From Chiloscyllium plagiosum (Eukaryota): DNA of 50,976 bases. Position numbers and translations under genes: made by a program. Shown here piece after piece: positions 36,577 to 48,317 of the stretch (the stretch's first letter is position 1; every line of letters begins with the position of its first letter). Under the pieces are notes generated by a model. It saw only the letters and a program-made list of their open reading frames with translations, was not told the origin of the DNA and did no database searches. The stretch lies in NCBI RefSeq assembly GCF_004010195.1, contig NW_025215280.1, positions 1-50,976 of the forward strand, given 5' to 3'.

Positions 36577-38208
36577 GCGTTGTTCTTCAACTGCAGCATT
36601 TAACATGGACAAGAACGGAGCTTTCTTGCTTGCTTTCCCATCTGCAAACTGCCATCGAATTTGCTTGAACAAATCTGCTCTCGTAGTGAAATGTCATGCA
36701 ACTCCATTTAATTACTGTGCAAAGTATTGTAATTTTTTCTCCAACCTGGTTGTGATCGTATGCCATTCTGTTTGAGAGTGTAGTGGCCTTCTGGTCCTTC
36801 CACGAAAAGCAGTACCGCATTGGCATTCCTTGCGCAGGCGGCCCGTTTCCAAGACAGGGAAGAAGCTGATGCGCTGGTGTCACAGCGCACCACGGATTCC
36901 TGAATTAATCGGTCTGTCAAATGTACCCCCAAAGTCGTCTATGAAAGACATCATTTGGAAGCTGTCTGTCGTTATTCAACGTGCGAGAGTTGTCACCAGA
37001 GGTCCTGAATCATGTTTTGGAGCAGTTCGCACGTTAGTGGCACATTCAATCATCAACAGCAATGAAAGAAATGACACTCTCAGGGGAACCTCTGCAGCTG
37101 TGCTTTCATAGCGTCGCTAGCATTAAGGTGCGCCCCGAGATCTAAGCCACGTTGGAATTGAAACGGAGGAATCGACAGCGAGGCTACAGAATGACATCGC
37201 ATCCATTTGGTTTTCTTTAAATCACTGACGAGCAGGAAAATGTACACGGGGAGGGCGAGTGGGGAAGTGAGGCAGTTGCAGCTCTGGTGAAATTCCTTCT
37301 TTGTGATTCACTCAGCAACCAGAGACGTGTGAAGGTGACTCAGACGCGAGAGCTCTTCACATCGAGAACAAAAAGCACTCAAGGGCAGTTAGCACCTCTT
37401 CTGGAGTCGGGGTGGGGTGAGCTAATTACCTTTTGACTTCCGTTACTATGTTCAGAAACTGCCTTTTAGATTGATGTGAACAGAAACTGGATTTCTAATA
37501 AGCACCGTGGAATTTAGCAAAATTTATTGAGTCGCTTCTCGTCGACTCAGTTGTTATCCATGTGGCTCATATCCAGGTGTGAACACCTCTGCAGCAAATT
37601 GCACGGTTCAGGCAAAAAGGCAAGGAAAGTGGCATCTCGAACTGGCTCTGAGGTCAGAGCATCCTCACAATGTGATCTGTCGTTCACGGATTGTAATGCT
37701 ACCTCCGGTTTTAGGGTGAAGAACATTCTTTGGGACTCTTATTCTGCAAAACAGACAAAGTGACTGTAACTATGCTGCGCGGTATGATGTGGAACACGGC
37801 CTGCTCAGCTTTGTGCATTTTCCCTGTAGTCCGGTGTGTTTCATGCTCCGTGTAAACGTGAAAGTTGTCCTGTTTCGATCAAAGGGTGAAATCATTTAGC
37901 AAAGCAAGAATCGAAATTGCAGTAATGTCAAGCAGCTCATGGTAATTTGACCAAATCATAACCGATCGTATGTTCTCACGCACTCACAGATACATTTGTA
38001 GCTGAAAAGAGTCTGAGAAGATAAACTCAGCTTAGCATTGATATTTATCTGGATTGATGGGCTATCATTATCAGCTGCGAAATTGATATTGTAGACGGGC
38101 ACATCGCAGCAGTTGTGCGAGTCGGAGAGGGATCATGGAACCCTCTTCACGTGTTGTTATGCAGCATCACAATTGGAAGTGCAAGAAAATGGGGGTGCGC
38201 GGCTGGCT

Positions 38209-38292
38209 GGTAGTGTGGCCGAGCGGTCTAAGGCGCTGGAGTTAGGCTCCAGTCTCTCGACAGAGGCGTCGGTTCGGATCCCACCGCTGCCA
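38209..38292 (+). tRNA. tRNA-Leu(TAG), damaged or probable pseudogene
   Basis: GGTAGTGTGGCCGAGCGGTCTAAGGCGCTGGAGTTAGGCTCCAG...CCCACCGCTGCCA. G32, a C:C mismatch in the T stem and A58>G in the B box. Confidence 0.8.
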
Positions 38293-39369
38293 TTTCTGCT
38301 GATCGCTTCCAACGACGCAGCTTGTTAAAATGCTGTTTCGACTCCTGCTGCATTTCTGTTTAAAACGGAAGAAAAATGTGTGTGCTTCCCGGACAATCAA
38401 CTGTGGTGTGAGAAAGTGCCGATTTTTCCGGTTCCGGGCTGTCATGATCGTGCTCGCCTCCCGCGCGGAAAATCGCAAACAGCTCTGCTATCCCAGGCAA
38501 GTTGAGCGTTTACTGGAACCGCATGGAGGCTGTTATTTCATTGCTGTTGTGAAACAAAGTCCTGCGGTGGCTCGACTCGTCGTTATTTTGTTTTCTGCCA
38601 ATGGGAAAAGCGTTCCAATGAATTGCGATGTCACATGTTATTGAATTTGTCCCATTTCCTTCATTTCCGTCCTGGAGACATCGGAAGGGAAAGGTAATGT
38701 AATCGAGACTGTGATTGGTGAAATTCACTTTTTAATGGCCCATTCTTATTGTGTTCTTTCTTTCTCACTTCAGCATTGTCGTGTTTGAAAGAGAAGTTTG
38801 GAATTGCCCTGTTGTTAGTTGTGAGATTACTTTATGGCTCATGCCCTCAGCCTGTCTCACATTTTGCATTCATACTCGCTGTGTCTGAAAACGCATTTGG
38901 TTTGCCAGTTTTGTTTGTGTTCCGTGTTAAATGCTTTCTGTTTTGCGATTCGCTCAATACATTTCTGAGGTAACTTCCAGCCGCAAAAATCCTCAACTGA
39001 GAATCTGGGAAAATTTCACAGAGTATGGTCAGTCGGAGCAAAAGTAAGGAAGTCGTTCGTTTCTGCAGTGTTTCACAATGCTACTTGTCCCGTGAGCAGT
39101 CGAACAGACTAAATGATACTGCCACAGACTGCGATGGCAAGCTCCGCTAAAAAGTAATCCTTTACAGCCGGTGTAAGCAACACAATGTTATTGGCGCACA
39201 CCGCGTGGAAACAGATACTTCGGTGTATCTCGTCCATGCTCACCACATAGCCAAAATTAAACAAGTCCCATTAAACAACGAGCTATTGGAAACAGAAAGG
39301 TGAAAGGTAAAATGGCTTCAATTTTCAGTGCTGGATGCCACTGAGCCTCCGCAGAGGAGATTGCGGCAT

Positions 39370-39442
39370 GTTTCTGTAGTGTAGTGGTCGTCACGATCGC
39401 CTTTCGCGCGAAAGGTCCCCAGTTCAAAACTGGGCAGAAACT
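39370..39442 (+). tRNA. tRNA-Val-body gene with TTC anticodon (variant or pseudogene)
   Basis: Perfect acceptor (GTTTCTG/CAGAAAC) and T stems, loop CT-TTC-GC, A27:A43 mismatch, T73. Confidence 0.75.
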
Positions 39443-41088
39443 GCTTTGTTCTTCAACTACAGCATTTAACATGGACAAGAGCGGAGCTTTCTTGCTTGCT
39501 TTCCCATCTGCAAACCTGCCTTCGAATTTGCTTGAACAAATCTGCACTCGTAGTGAAATGTAATGCAACTCCATTTGATTACTGTGCAAAGCATTGTAAA
39601 GTTTTTCTCCAACCTGGTTGTGATCATATGCCATTCTGTTTGAGAGTGTAGTTACCGCCTTCTGATCCTTCCATGAAAAGCAGTACCGCACTTGCATTCC
39701 TTGCACAGGCGGCCCGTTTCCAAGACAGGGAAGAAGCTGATGCGCTGGTGTCACAGTGCACCGCGGATTCCTGAACTAGTCTGTCTGTCAAATGTACCCC
39801 CAAAGTCTTCTATGAAGGACATCATTTGGAAGCTGTCTGTCGTTATTCAACTTGCGTGAGTTGTTACCAGAGGTCCTGAATCATGTTTTGGAGCAGTTCG
39901 CACGTTAGTGGCTCATTTAATTAGTAACAGCAATGAAAGAAATGACACTCTCAGGGGAACCTCTGCACCTGTGCTTTCATAGCGTCGCTAGTATTAAGGT
40001 GCGCCCCGAGATCTAAGTCATGTTGGAACTGAAACGGAGGAATCGACAGAGAGGCTACAGAATGACATCGCATCTATTTGGTTTTCTTTAAATCACTGAC
40101 GAGCAGGAAAATGTAAACTGGGAGGGGGAGTGGGGAAGTGAGGCAGTTGCAGCTCTGGTGAAATTCCTTCTTTGTGATTCACTCAGCAGCCAGAGACGTG
40201 AAGGTGACTCAGGCGTGAGAGTTCTTCACATCGAGAACAAAAAGCACTCAAGGGCAGTTAGCACCTCTTCCGGAGAGGGGGGTGGGTGAGCTAATTACCT
40301 TTTGACTTCTGTTACTATGTTCAGAAACTGCCTTTTAGATTGATGTGAACAGAAACTGCATTTCTAATAAGCACTGTGGAATTTAGCAACATTTATTGAG
40401 TCGCTTCTCGTCGACTCAGTTGGTATCCATGTGGATCATGTCCAGGAGTGAACATCTCTGCAGCAAATTGCACTATTTAAGCTAAAAGGCAAGGAAAGTG
40501 GCTTATCGAACTGGCTCCGAGGTCGGAGCATCCTCACAATGTGATCTGTCGTTCTCGGGTTGTAATGCTACCTCCGGTTTTAGGGTGGAGAACATTCTTT
40601 GGGACTCTTATTCTGTAAAACAGACACAGTGACTGAAACGATGCTGCACGGTATGATGTGGAACACGGCCTGCTCAGCTTTGTGCATTTTCTCTGTAGTC
40701 CGGTGTGTTTCATGTTCCGTGTAAACGTGAAAGTTGTCCTGTTTCGATCAAAGGGTGAAATCATTTAGCAAAGCAAGAATCGAAATTGCAGTAATGTCAA
40801 GCAGCTCATGGTAATTTGACCAAATCATAATCGATCGTATGTTCTCACGCACTCACAGATACATTTGTAGCTGAAAAGAGTCTGAGAAGATAGACTCAGC
40901 TTAGCATTGACATTTATCTGGATTGATGGGCTTTCAATATCTGCTGCGAAATTGACATTGTAGCCGGACACATCCCAGCAGCTGTGCGAGTCGGAGAGGG
41001 ATCATGAAACCCTTTTCATTTGACTTTGCATCTGTTATTATGCAGGAGCACAATTAGAAATGCAAGAAAAGGGGAGTCGCGGCTGGTT

Positions 41089-41170
41089 CGTAGTGTGGCC
41101 GAGCGGTCTAAGTCGCTCTATCCAGATTCCAGGCTCGAAAGAGGCGTGGGTTCGAATCCCACCACTGTCG
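41089..41170 (+). pseudogene. tRNA-Leu pseudogene with intact A/B boxes
   Basis: TGGCCGAGCGG and GGTTCGAATCC are intact. Acceptor end and anticodon stem are broken, and the loop reads CAG. Confidence 0.85.
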
Positions 41171-42039
41171 TTCCAGCTTATCAACCCCAACGCTGCGGCT
41201 TTGTTAAAATGCTGTTTCCATCCCCACCGTATATTAATGCTGAAAACAAAAGTAAAATGGGTTTGTTTCCCAGGGAATTAACTGTGGTGTGTCAAAGTGT
41301 CTCTGCTGTCGTGATCGTGTTTGCCTCCCGCGCAGAAAATCACAACCGCTTCTGCCGTTCCAGGCAAATTGAGCTTTTACTGGAACCGAATGGAGACTGT
41401 TATTTCATCGCTGTTGTGAAACAAAGTCCTCCGGTGACTCTAATCGTTGTTATCTGGCTATCTGGCTAATGGCAAAATCGTTCCAATGAATTTCGATGTC
41501 AAACGTTATTGAATTTCTCCCATTTCCTTCATTTCCGTGTTGGAGACATCGGAAGGAAAAGGTAATTTAATCGAGACTGATTGGTGAAATTCACTTTTTA
41601 TGGCCAATTCTTATCAGCATTGTCTGGAATATGGTGGTGCGCGAAGGCTGCAGTATGTTTGAAAGAGTAGTTTGGAATTGCCCTGTTGTTTGTTGTGAGA
41701 TTACTTTATGACTCATGCCCTCGGACTGTCTCACAAGTAGCGTTCATGCATCTCTGTGTCTGAAAATGCATGAGGTATGCCAGTTTTGTTTGTGTTCCGT
41801 GCTAAATGCTTTCTGTTTTGCGATTCGCTCAATACATTTCGAGTTAACAGCGTTTCTGAGGTCACTTCCAGCAGCAAAAATCCTCAACTGATGATCTGGG
41901 AAAATTTCACAGAATATGGTCAGTCGGAGCTAAAATAAGGAAGTCGTTCGTTTCTGCAGTGTTTCACAATACTACCTTTCCCGTGAGCAATCGAACAGAC
42001 TAAATGATTGTGCCACAGACTGCGACGGCAAACTCCACT

Positions 42040-42474
42040 AAAAAGTAATCCTTTGAAGCCGGTGTAAGCAACACGACGTTATTGGGGTGCACCGCGTGGA
42101 AACAGATACTGCGGGGTATCTCGTCCTTGCTCACCACATAGCCAAAATTAAACAAGTCCCGTTCCCTAGCATTTGGCCCCAATCCCTCTAAACGCATCCT
42201 ATCCAGAAACTCACCCGATTACCTTTGCAATTCTCTGAGTGTAATAGCCTCCTCCACTTCCTCTGATAGCTCATTCCATACACGCACAACCTTCTGTGTG
42301 GGAAATGTGCCTCAGGTCCTTTGTCAATTTCAGCCCACTCACCTTAAAGCGATGCTGTCGAGTTTTTAACTCACCCCAACTTGGGTAAAACACGTAAATA
42401 CTCAGTTTACCACCCTTCCACAAGATTATGTCGCAGCCGTTACGCTAGCTATTCCACCCAGCCTATTCCACCTC
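42040..42474 (-). mobile_element. CR1 3' end (truncated twin at ~39165-39289)
   Basis: cgcgtggaaacagata...ctagcatttggccccaatccctctaaac...cctcctccacttcctctgatagctcattccatacac. Confidence 0.7.
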
Positions 42475-43120
42475 NNNNNNNNNNNNNNNNNNNNNNNNNN
42501 NNNNNNNNNNNNNNNNNNNNNNNNNNNNNNNNNNNNNNNNNNNNNNNNNNNNNNNNNNNNNNNNNNNNNNNNNNNNNNNNNNNNNNNNNNNNNNNNNNNN
42601 NNNNNNNNNNNNNNNNNNNNNNNNNNNNNNNNNNNNNNNNNNNNNNNNNNNNNNNNNNNNNNNNNNNNNNNNNNNNNNNNNNNNNNNNNNNNNNNNNNNN
42701 NNNNNNNNNNNNNNNNNNNNNNNNNNNNNNNNNNNNNNNNNNNNNNNNNNNNNNNNNNNNNNNNNNNNNNNNNNNNNNNNNNNNNNNNNNNNNNNNNNNN
42801 NNNNNNNNNNNNNNNNNNNNNNNNNNNNNNNNNNNNNNNNNNNNNNNNNNNNNNNNNNNNNNNNNNNNNNNNNNNNNNNNNNNNNNNNNNNNNNNNNNNN
42901 NNNNNNNNNNNNNNNNNNNNNNNNNNNNNNNNNNNNNNNNNNNNNNNNNNNNNNNNNNNNNNNNNNNNNNNNNNNNNNNNNNNNNNNNNNNNNNNNNNNN
43001 NNNNNNNNNNNNNNNNNNNNNNNNNNNNNNNNNNNNNNNNNNNNNNNNNNNNNNNNNNNNNNNNNNNNNNNNNNNNNNNNNNNNNNNNNNNNNNNNNNNN
43101 NNNNNNNNNNNNNNNNNNNN
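42475..43120. other. Assembly gap
   Basis: Run of N. Confidence 1.
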
Positions 43121-43364
43121 TTACTTTACTGCTTCTATTGAGTCACGTTGTTCTTCCTGCCAAACAAAGGCATTCTTCGCATCAGAAGCTTGTCATTCTC
43201 ATATTCCTCGAAAGAAAAACACGGATGTGGACTTCCAAACTGAAACAGATGAGGCATCGTCTGCGTAAAAAATGACTTCCAGCTGTTCCTTCAAAAATAT
43301 TTCCTAACAACATATAGAACGCACCTTCGGATGCTTGCTGCAATAGTTGTAAGAAAATTCAGCA

Positions 43365-43437
43365 AGGCTGCCGTGAGAATGGAGGTTACAACTCCTGGTT
43401 TACAAAACCAGGGCTCGAACCACTGAGGTAAGGAAGC
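43365..43437 (-). pseudogene. tRNA-Thr(TGT) pseudogene
   Basis: Minus strand GCTTCCTTACCTCAGTGGTTCGAGCCCTGGTTTTGTAAACCAGGAGTTGTAACCTCCATTCTCACGGCAGCCT. Anticodon arm intact, B box destroyed. Confidence 0.85.
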
Positions 43438-44339
43438 ACTAACGTCTTGAGACTGACAAAAGATGATGACCTCGAGCAGAACAAATTTTGTCAAATCGGT
43501 TTTGTGATACAAGCTTCGTTTTGTGTGACAAAATACGACTTGAAACCCACTTCTTTGATCGCTTGTTTGTTATAACACTTTGTCAGCTTCCAAATATCTC
43601 ATAATGTGAGAGGGATCAATATTTGTTTAATCTCACACAGAGGAAATGTTTTGAAGTTTCCATTATGTAAAAGGCACGTTGTAGTGTTAATACCAATTAA
43701 TTGTCCTTGATTTCAGCATGTATTACAGTTTTTCTTCATCACTTCATCACATGAGTAATTCCTTTCCTATAGCTCTGTGCGATTTACATAGCGATGGGAT
43801 TTCATAATTTATGGCTTTGGCAGATGACGTTTAGGCACCAAACGTGAAACAGTTCAAATCGAACATGCTCTGGAGGTTGGTATTCGATGGAATGCACATA
43901 TCTGAGAGAGCACTTTAAAACATAATCTCGGGTGTCGTGTCCGCTGGCTGGGTTGGCATACTATTGACCAGCTCTGTTTGTTCTTGAGTGGGCTGGACGA
44001 CATGACAGTGATACATAGAGGGAAGACAGCCAAGAGATTTGTAGAAAATGATGAAACCTTTGAAATTTAGCTGCCCAGTGATGGCTGATCAACCCTTGTT
44101 GTGAGTACACCCACATGCAGAGGAGGTATTGGAAGACATCAGGATTACATCATTGGGTGAATAACCTGCAACTCCTTCCCTTCCACCATGAGGGAGCCCG
44201 TGTGAAAAGATAAAGCTGCGAAGGCCGCATTGCACGTTTGGGAAAATGGGCGTTGGTAAAAATGTCATTCAGAAAATGAACAATGAAACAGTGAACAGAA
44301 CGCAAGTGCACCCTTGAACAGAAGCTGAGGAAGTTGGAC

Positions 44340-47110
44340 CATAGAACATAGAACATAGCACATTACAGCGCAGTACCGTCCCTTCGGCCCTCGATGTTGC
44401 GCCGACCTGTGTACCAATCTGAAGCCCACCTTACCTACATTATTCCATGTCCGTCCATGTGCTTCTCCAATGACGACTTAAATGTACTTAATGTTCGGGA
44501 ATCTACTAGCGCTGCAGGCAAAGCGTTCCATACCCTTACTACTCTCTGAGTAAATAAACTACCTCTGACAACTGTCCTCTATCTATCATTCCTCAATTTA
44601 AAGCTATGCCCCCTCGTGCTGGTTGTCGCCATTCTTGGAAGAAGGCTCTCCCTATCCACCCTGCCTCACCCTCTGAATATAATATATGTCTCTGTTAAGT
44701 CACTTCTCAACCTTCTTCTCTCTATCGAGAAAATTACGAGTCCCGCAGCCTTTCCTCGTAAGACTTTCCCTCCATACCAGGCTACATCCGAGTAAATCTC
44801 CTCTGCACCCTTTCCAAAGCTTCCATATCCTTCTTATAATGCGGTGACCAGAACTGTACACAATACTCCAAGTGTGGCCGCACTAGAATTTTGTGCAGCT
44901 GTAGCATAACCTCATGGTTCCAGAACACGATCCCTCTATTAATAAAAGCTAAAACACTGTGTGCCTTCTGAACAACTCTGTCAATCTGGGATGGCAACTT
45001 TCAAGGACCTGTGTACCTGGACACCGAGATCTTTCTGCTCATCTACACTACTAGGAATCTTACCATTAATCTAGTACTTTGCATTCCTCTTACTCTGACC
45101 AAAGTGAATCACCTCACACTTGCCCGCATTAAATTCCATTTTCCACCTCTCAGCCCAGCTCTGCAGCTTATTGATATCTCGCTGCAACCTTCTACGTAAC
45201 TCGTCACTATCCACAACTCCACCAACCTCAGTGTCGTCTGCAAACGTACTAACACACCCTTCTACACCCTCATCCACGTCGTTTATAAAACGAACAGCAA
45301 TGGACCCAACAGCGATCCTTGCGGCTCAGCACTGTTAAGTGGACTCCAGGAGCAACATTTCCCAACAACTACCACCCTGTGTCTTCTTTCAGCAAGCCAA
45401 TTAATGAAATAAACTGCTTTATCTCCAACAATCTCATTCCTCCGGATTTTTTACAATAACCTACTGTGGGGAACCTTATCGAACGCCTTGCTGAAATCCA
45501 TATACACAACATCATCTCATCTACCTGCTTGGTCACCTTCTCAAAGAACTCAATACGGTTTTTGTGGCACGACATAACCTTCACAAAACTATGCTGACTA
45601 TCCCTAATCAAATTATTCTTTTCTAGATGATTATAAATCCTATCTCTTATAACATTTTCCAACACTTTACCAACAACTGAAGTGAAGCTCACTGGTCTAT
45701 AATAAACAGGATTGTCTCTACTCCCATTCTTGAACATGGGAACCACATTTGCTATCCTCCAGTCTTCTGGCACTATTCGTGTAGACAATGACGATTTAAA
45801 GATCAATGCCAAAGGCTCGGCAATCACCCCAATGGCTTCCCAAAGGATCCTAGGATAAATCCCATCCGGCCCAGGGGACAAATTCACTTTCACACTCTTC
45901 AGGATTTCTAATACCTCCTCCTCCTCGTCCAGTTGCCTGTATCTAAGTATTCTCCTCGACAACATTGCCGTTTTCTAGACTGAATACTGTTGAAAAGTAT
46001 TCAGTTGGTGCTTCCCCTATCTCCACTGACTCTGCACACAACTTCCCACTAATGTCCCTGATTGGCCCTAATCTTACTCTCGTCATTCTTTTATTCCTTA
46101 AATACACATCGAAAGCCATCGGTTTAACCCTGATTCTATCGGCCAACAACTTCTCACGTCGCCTACTGGCTCATCTGAGCTCTCTCTTTAGGTATTTCCT
46201 GGCTACCTTGTAACCATTAAGCGCCCTAAATGAGCCTTCTTCTTCCTCTTGACCAGAGAATCTACTTCCTTCGTAAACCACGGCTCCCGCGCTCTACAGC
46301 TTTCTCCCTGCCTGACAGATTCATACTTATCATGGACACACAGTAGCATTTCCTTGAATTAGCTCCACATTTCTAACGTGCCTACACTGCAGTTTCCTTC
46401 TCCATCCTGTGCTTCCTAAATCCTGCCTAATCGCATCATAAGTGACGTTTCCCCAGCTGTAACTCTTGCCCAGTGGTAAACACCTATCTATATCTATCAC
46501 AATAGAAACTCCCATATTACGTCAGTTGACGAGACCCAAACACCCTTTCTGCAACTGTAATACTGTCCTTGACAAACACAGCCACACGTCTCCCTCTTTT
46601 ACCTTCTTCTCTGTACTTCTTGTAATCCTGGAATCTGCAACAAAGATTCCTGTCCCTGCTCTGTTCATGTCTACGAAATGGCCACAACTTCGAATTCCGA
46701 GGTACCAATGCAAGCTGCAAGTTCATCCACCTTATTCTGGATGCTCCTGGAATTGAAGCAGACACTCTCCAAACCAAATGCTTGCTTGCTGGTGCCATCT
46801 TGATCCCCTGAAGCTTGATTCTGGACCTCCCTACTCTCAAAAATTTCTATACTTGAACTGCAATTTTGGTTCACATTCCCCTGCTGGATTAGTTTAAACC
46901 CACCCCAATAGCCTTAGCGAATTTCCCGACCCCACCTAAAGATATTGGTGCCCCTCTGGTTCAGATGAAGATCATCCTGCTTGTACAGGTCCCACCGACC
47001 CCAGAAAGAGACCCAATTATCCAAGAATCCAAAACCCTCCCTCCTGCAACATCCGTGTAGCCACGTGCTCAACTCCTCTCTCTCTCTATCCATTGCTCCA
47101 CTAGCACCAG
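44340..47110 (-). mobile_element. CR1 LINE: ORF1 esterase C-terminus, APE endonuclease, RT and 3' tail, with internal deletions and frameshifts
   Basis: (catagaa)n tail; RPHLEYCVQFWSP, STFADDTEV, SPGPDGIYPRIL, YRPVSFTSVVGKVLE; APE start VCFNSRSIQNKVDEL; ORF1 FWGRWDLYKQDDLHLNQRG. Confidence 0.95.
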
Positions 47111-47369
47111 AGCATGGAGAGAATTTGAAAGAACGGATCGAAGTGTATTATTACCGTGTCGTCCAAACGAATGGTTTAGCGTTTGAGCTGCAGGAGGGCA
47201 GAGACGTGGAAGAGTTAATGATGTTAATGAGGTGCAAGTCGGCTGACATGGTGATGATGGGGATATGTGGTTAAAAACACATCACGAGTTGAAGGATGTC
47301 ACCATGGTAATGACGTGTCTGTTCAGACTCAAACCAATGCGAGGGAGAAATTTGAATCAGTGGCGAGGC

Positions 47370-48242
47370 ATTTTCTCTTGTCACGTCGTCGATGATGCCT
47401 TCCAGCTCATCTCATCCACTTCCCTCAACCCCACTCCCAAAACCCATCCCTCCAACTATGACGAGGACAGAACTTCCTTCTTCAATACTTTAAAATCTAG
47501 CAGCCTCTGTAGACATCATGTCATCCTCCGGTATTTCCGTCAGCTGCAAATGAACCCCAACAATTAAGATGTGCTTCCCTCCCCACCCCTATCCATTTTC
47601 TGTTAAGATCATTCCCTCTTCCACTCCCTTACAAAGTGCATGCTTCCACAAAACCACCCTCCCCTCCCAGCACATTCTCATTCCTACACGGGATTTGCAA
47701 AACATCCACGCACACATCCGTCCTCAACTCTGTCAAAGGCCCAAAAGACACTTGCATATCCATCAGAGTTTTACCTGCATTTCCACGCATGTCATTTACT
47801 GTAACAATTGCTCCCTTTGCTGTCTCCTCGACATTGAGGAAATTGGATGCCTAATTACAGACCGCTTCGGAAAACATCTCCGGGACACCCGCACCAAACA
47901 ACACCACTGGTCTCTGGCTGAACAGTCAGCTCTCCCTCCCACACAGCCAAGTTCATTCAGGTCCAGGGCCTCCGCCGCTCTCACGAACTGTCCTATCTGT
48001 ACATCTTCCATCCCACCTATCTGCTCCAGCCTGCGCTGCGACCTTTCATCATTGTCCCCACCTCCATCAATCTATCACACTCTCCGCTACCTTGTCCCAC
48101 CCCACCCGCGTTCATTTGTCTCTGTACCCCCTCGGTTCACAAGCTGCTTTCCTGATGAAGTCTCGTGTCCAAAATATCGATAGTCCAGCTCATTCGTTGC
48201 TGCTTGCCCTGCTGCGCTTTTCCAGCATCACACGTTCGACTC
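47370..48242 (+). mobile_element. Penelope-like 3' fragment
   Basis: HVIYCNNCSLCCLLDIEEIGCLITDRFGKHL (GIY-YIG relic). cctgatgaag terminal repeat at ~48151. Confidence 0.8.
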
Positions 48243-48317
48243 AGTGGCGAGGCAGTGAATTTTGAGTTTGGGACTGAAGTCAGAGGCCTCAATTTTGCAA
48301 TGATTGAATTGTAAGAA

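Larger units (their letters stand above)
36504..42160 (+). repeat. ~2.87-kb tandem duplication of a Val+Leu tRNA unit (36504-39289; 39370-42160)
   Basis: Val-to-Val spacing 2866 bp and Leu-to-Leu spacing 2880 bp, with long colinear, highly similar spacers. Confidence 0.95.

Noticed and set aside
45369..45965. 198-aa RT-like ORF as an active enzyme
   Set aside because: It is a frameshifted segment of a dead CR1 ORF2.
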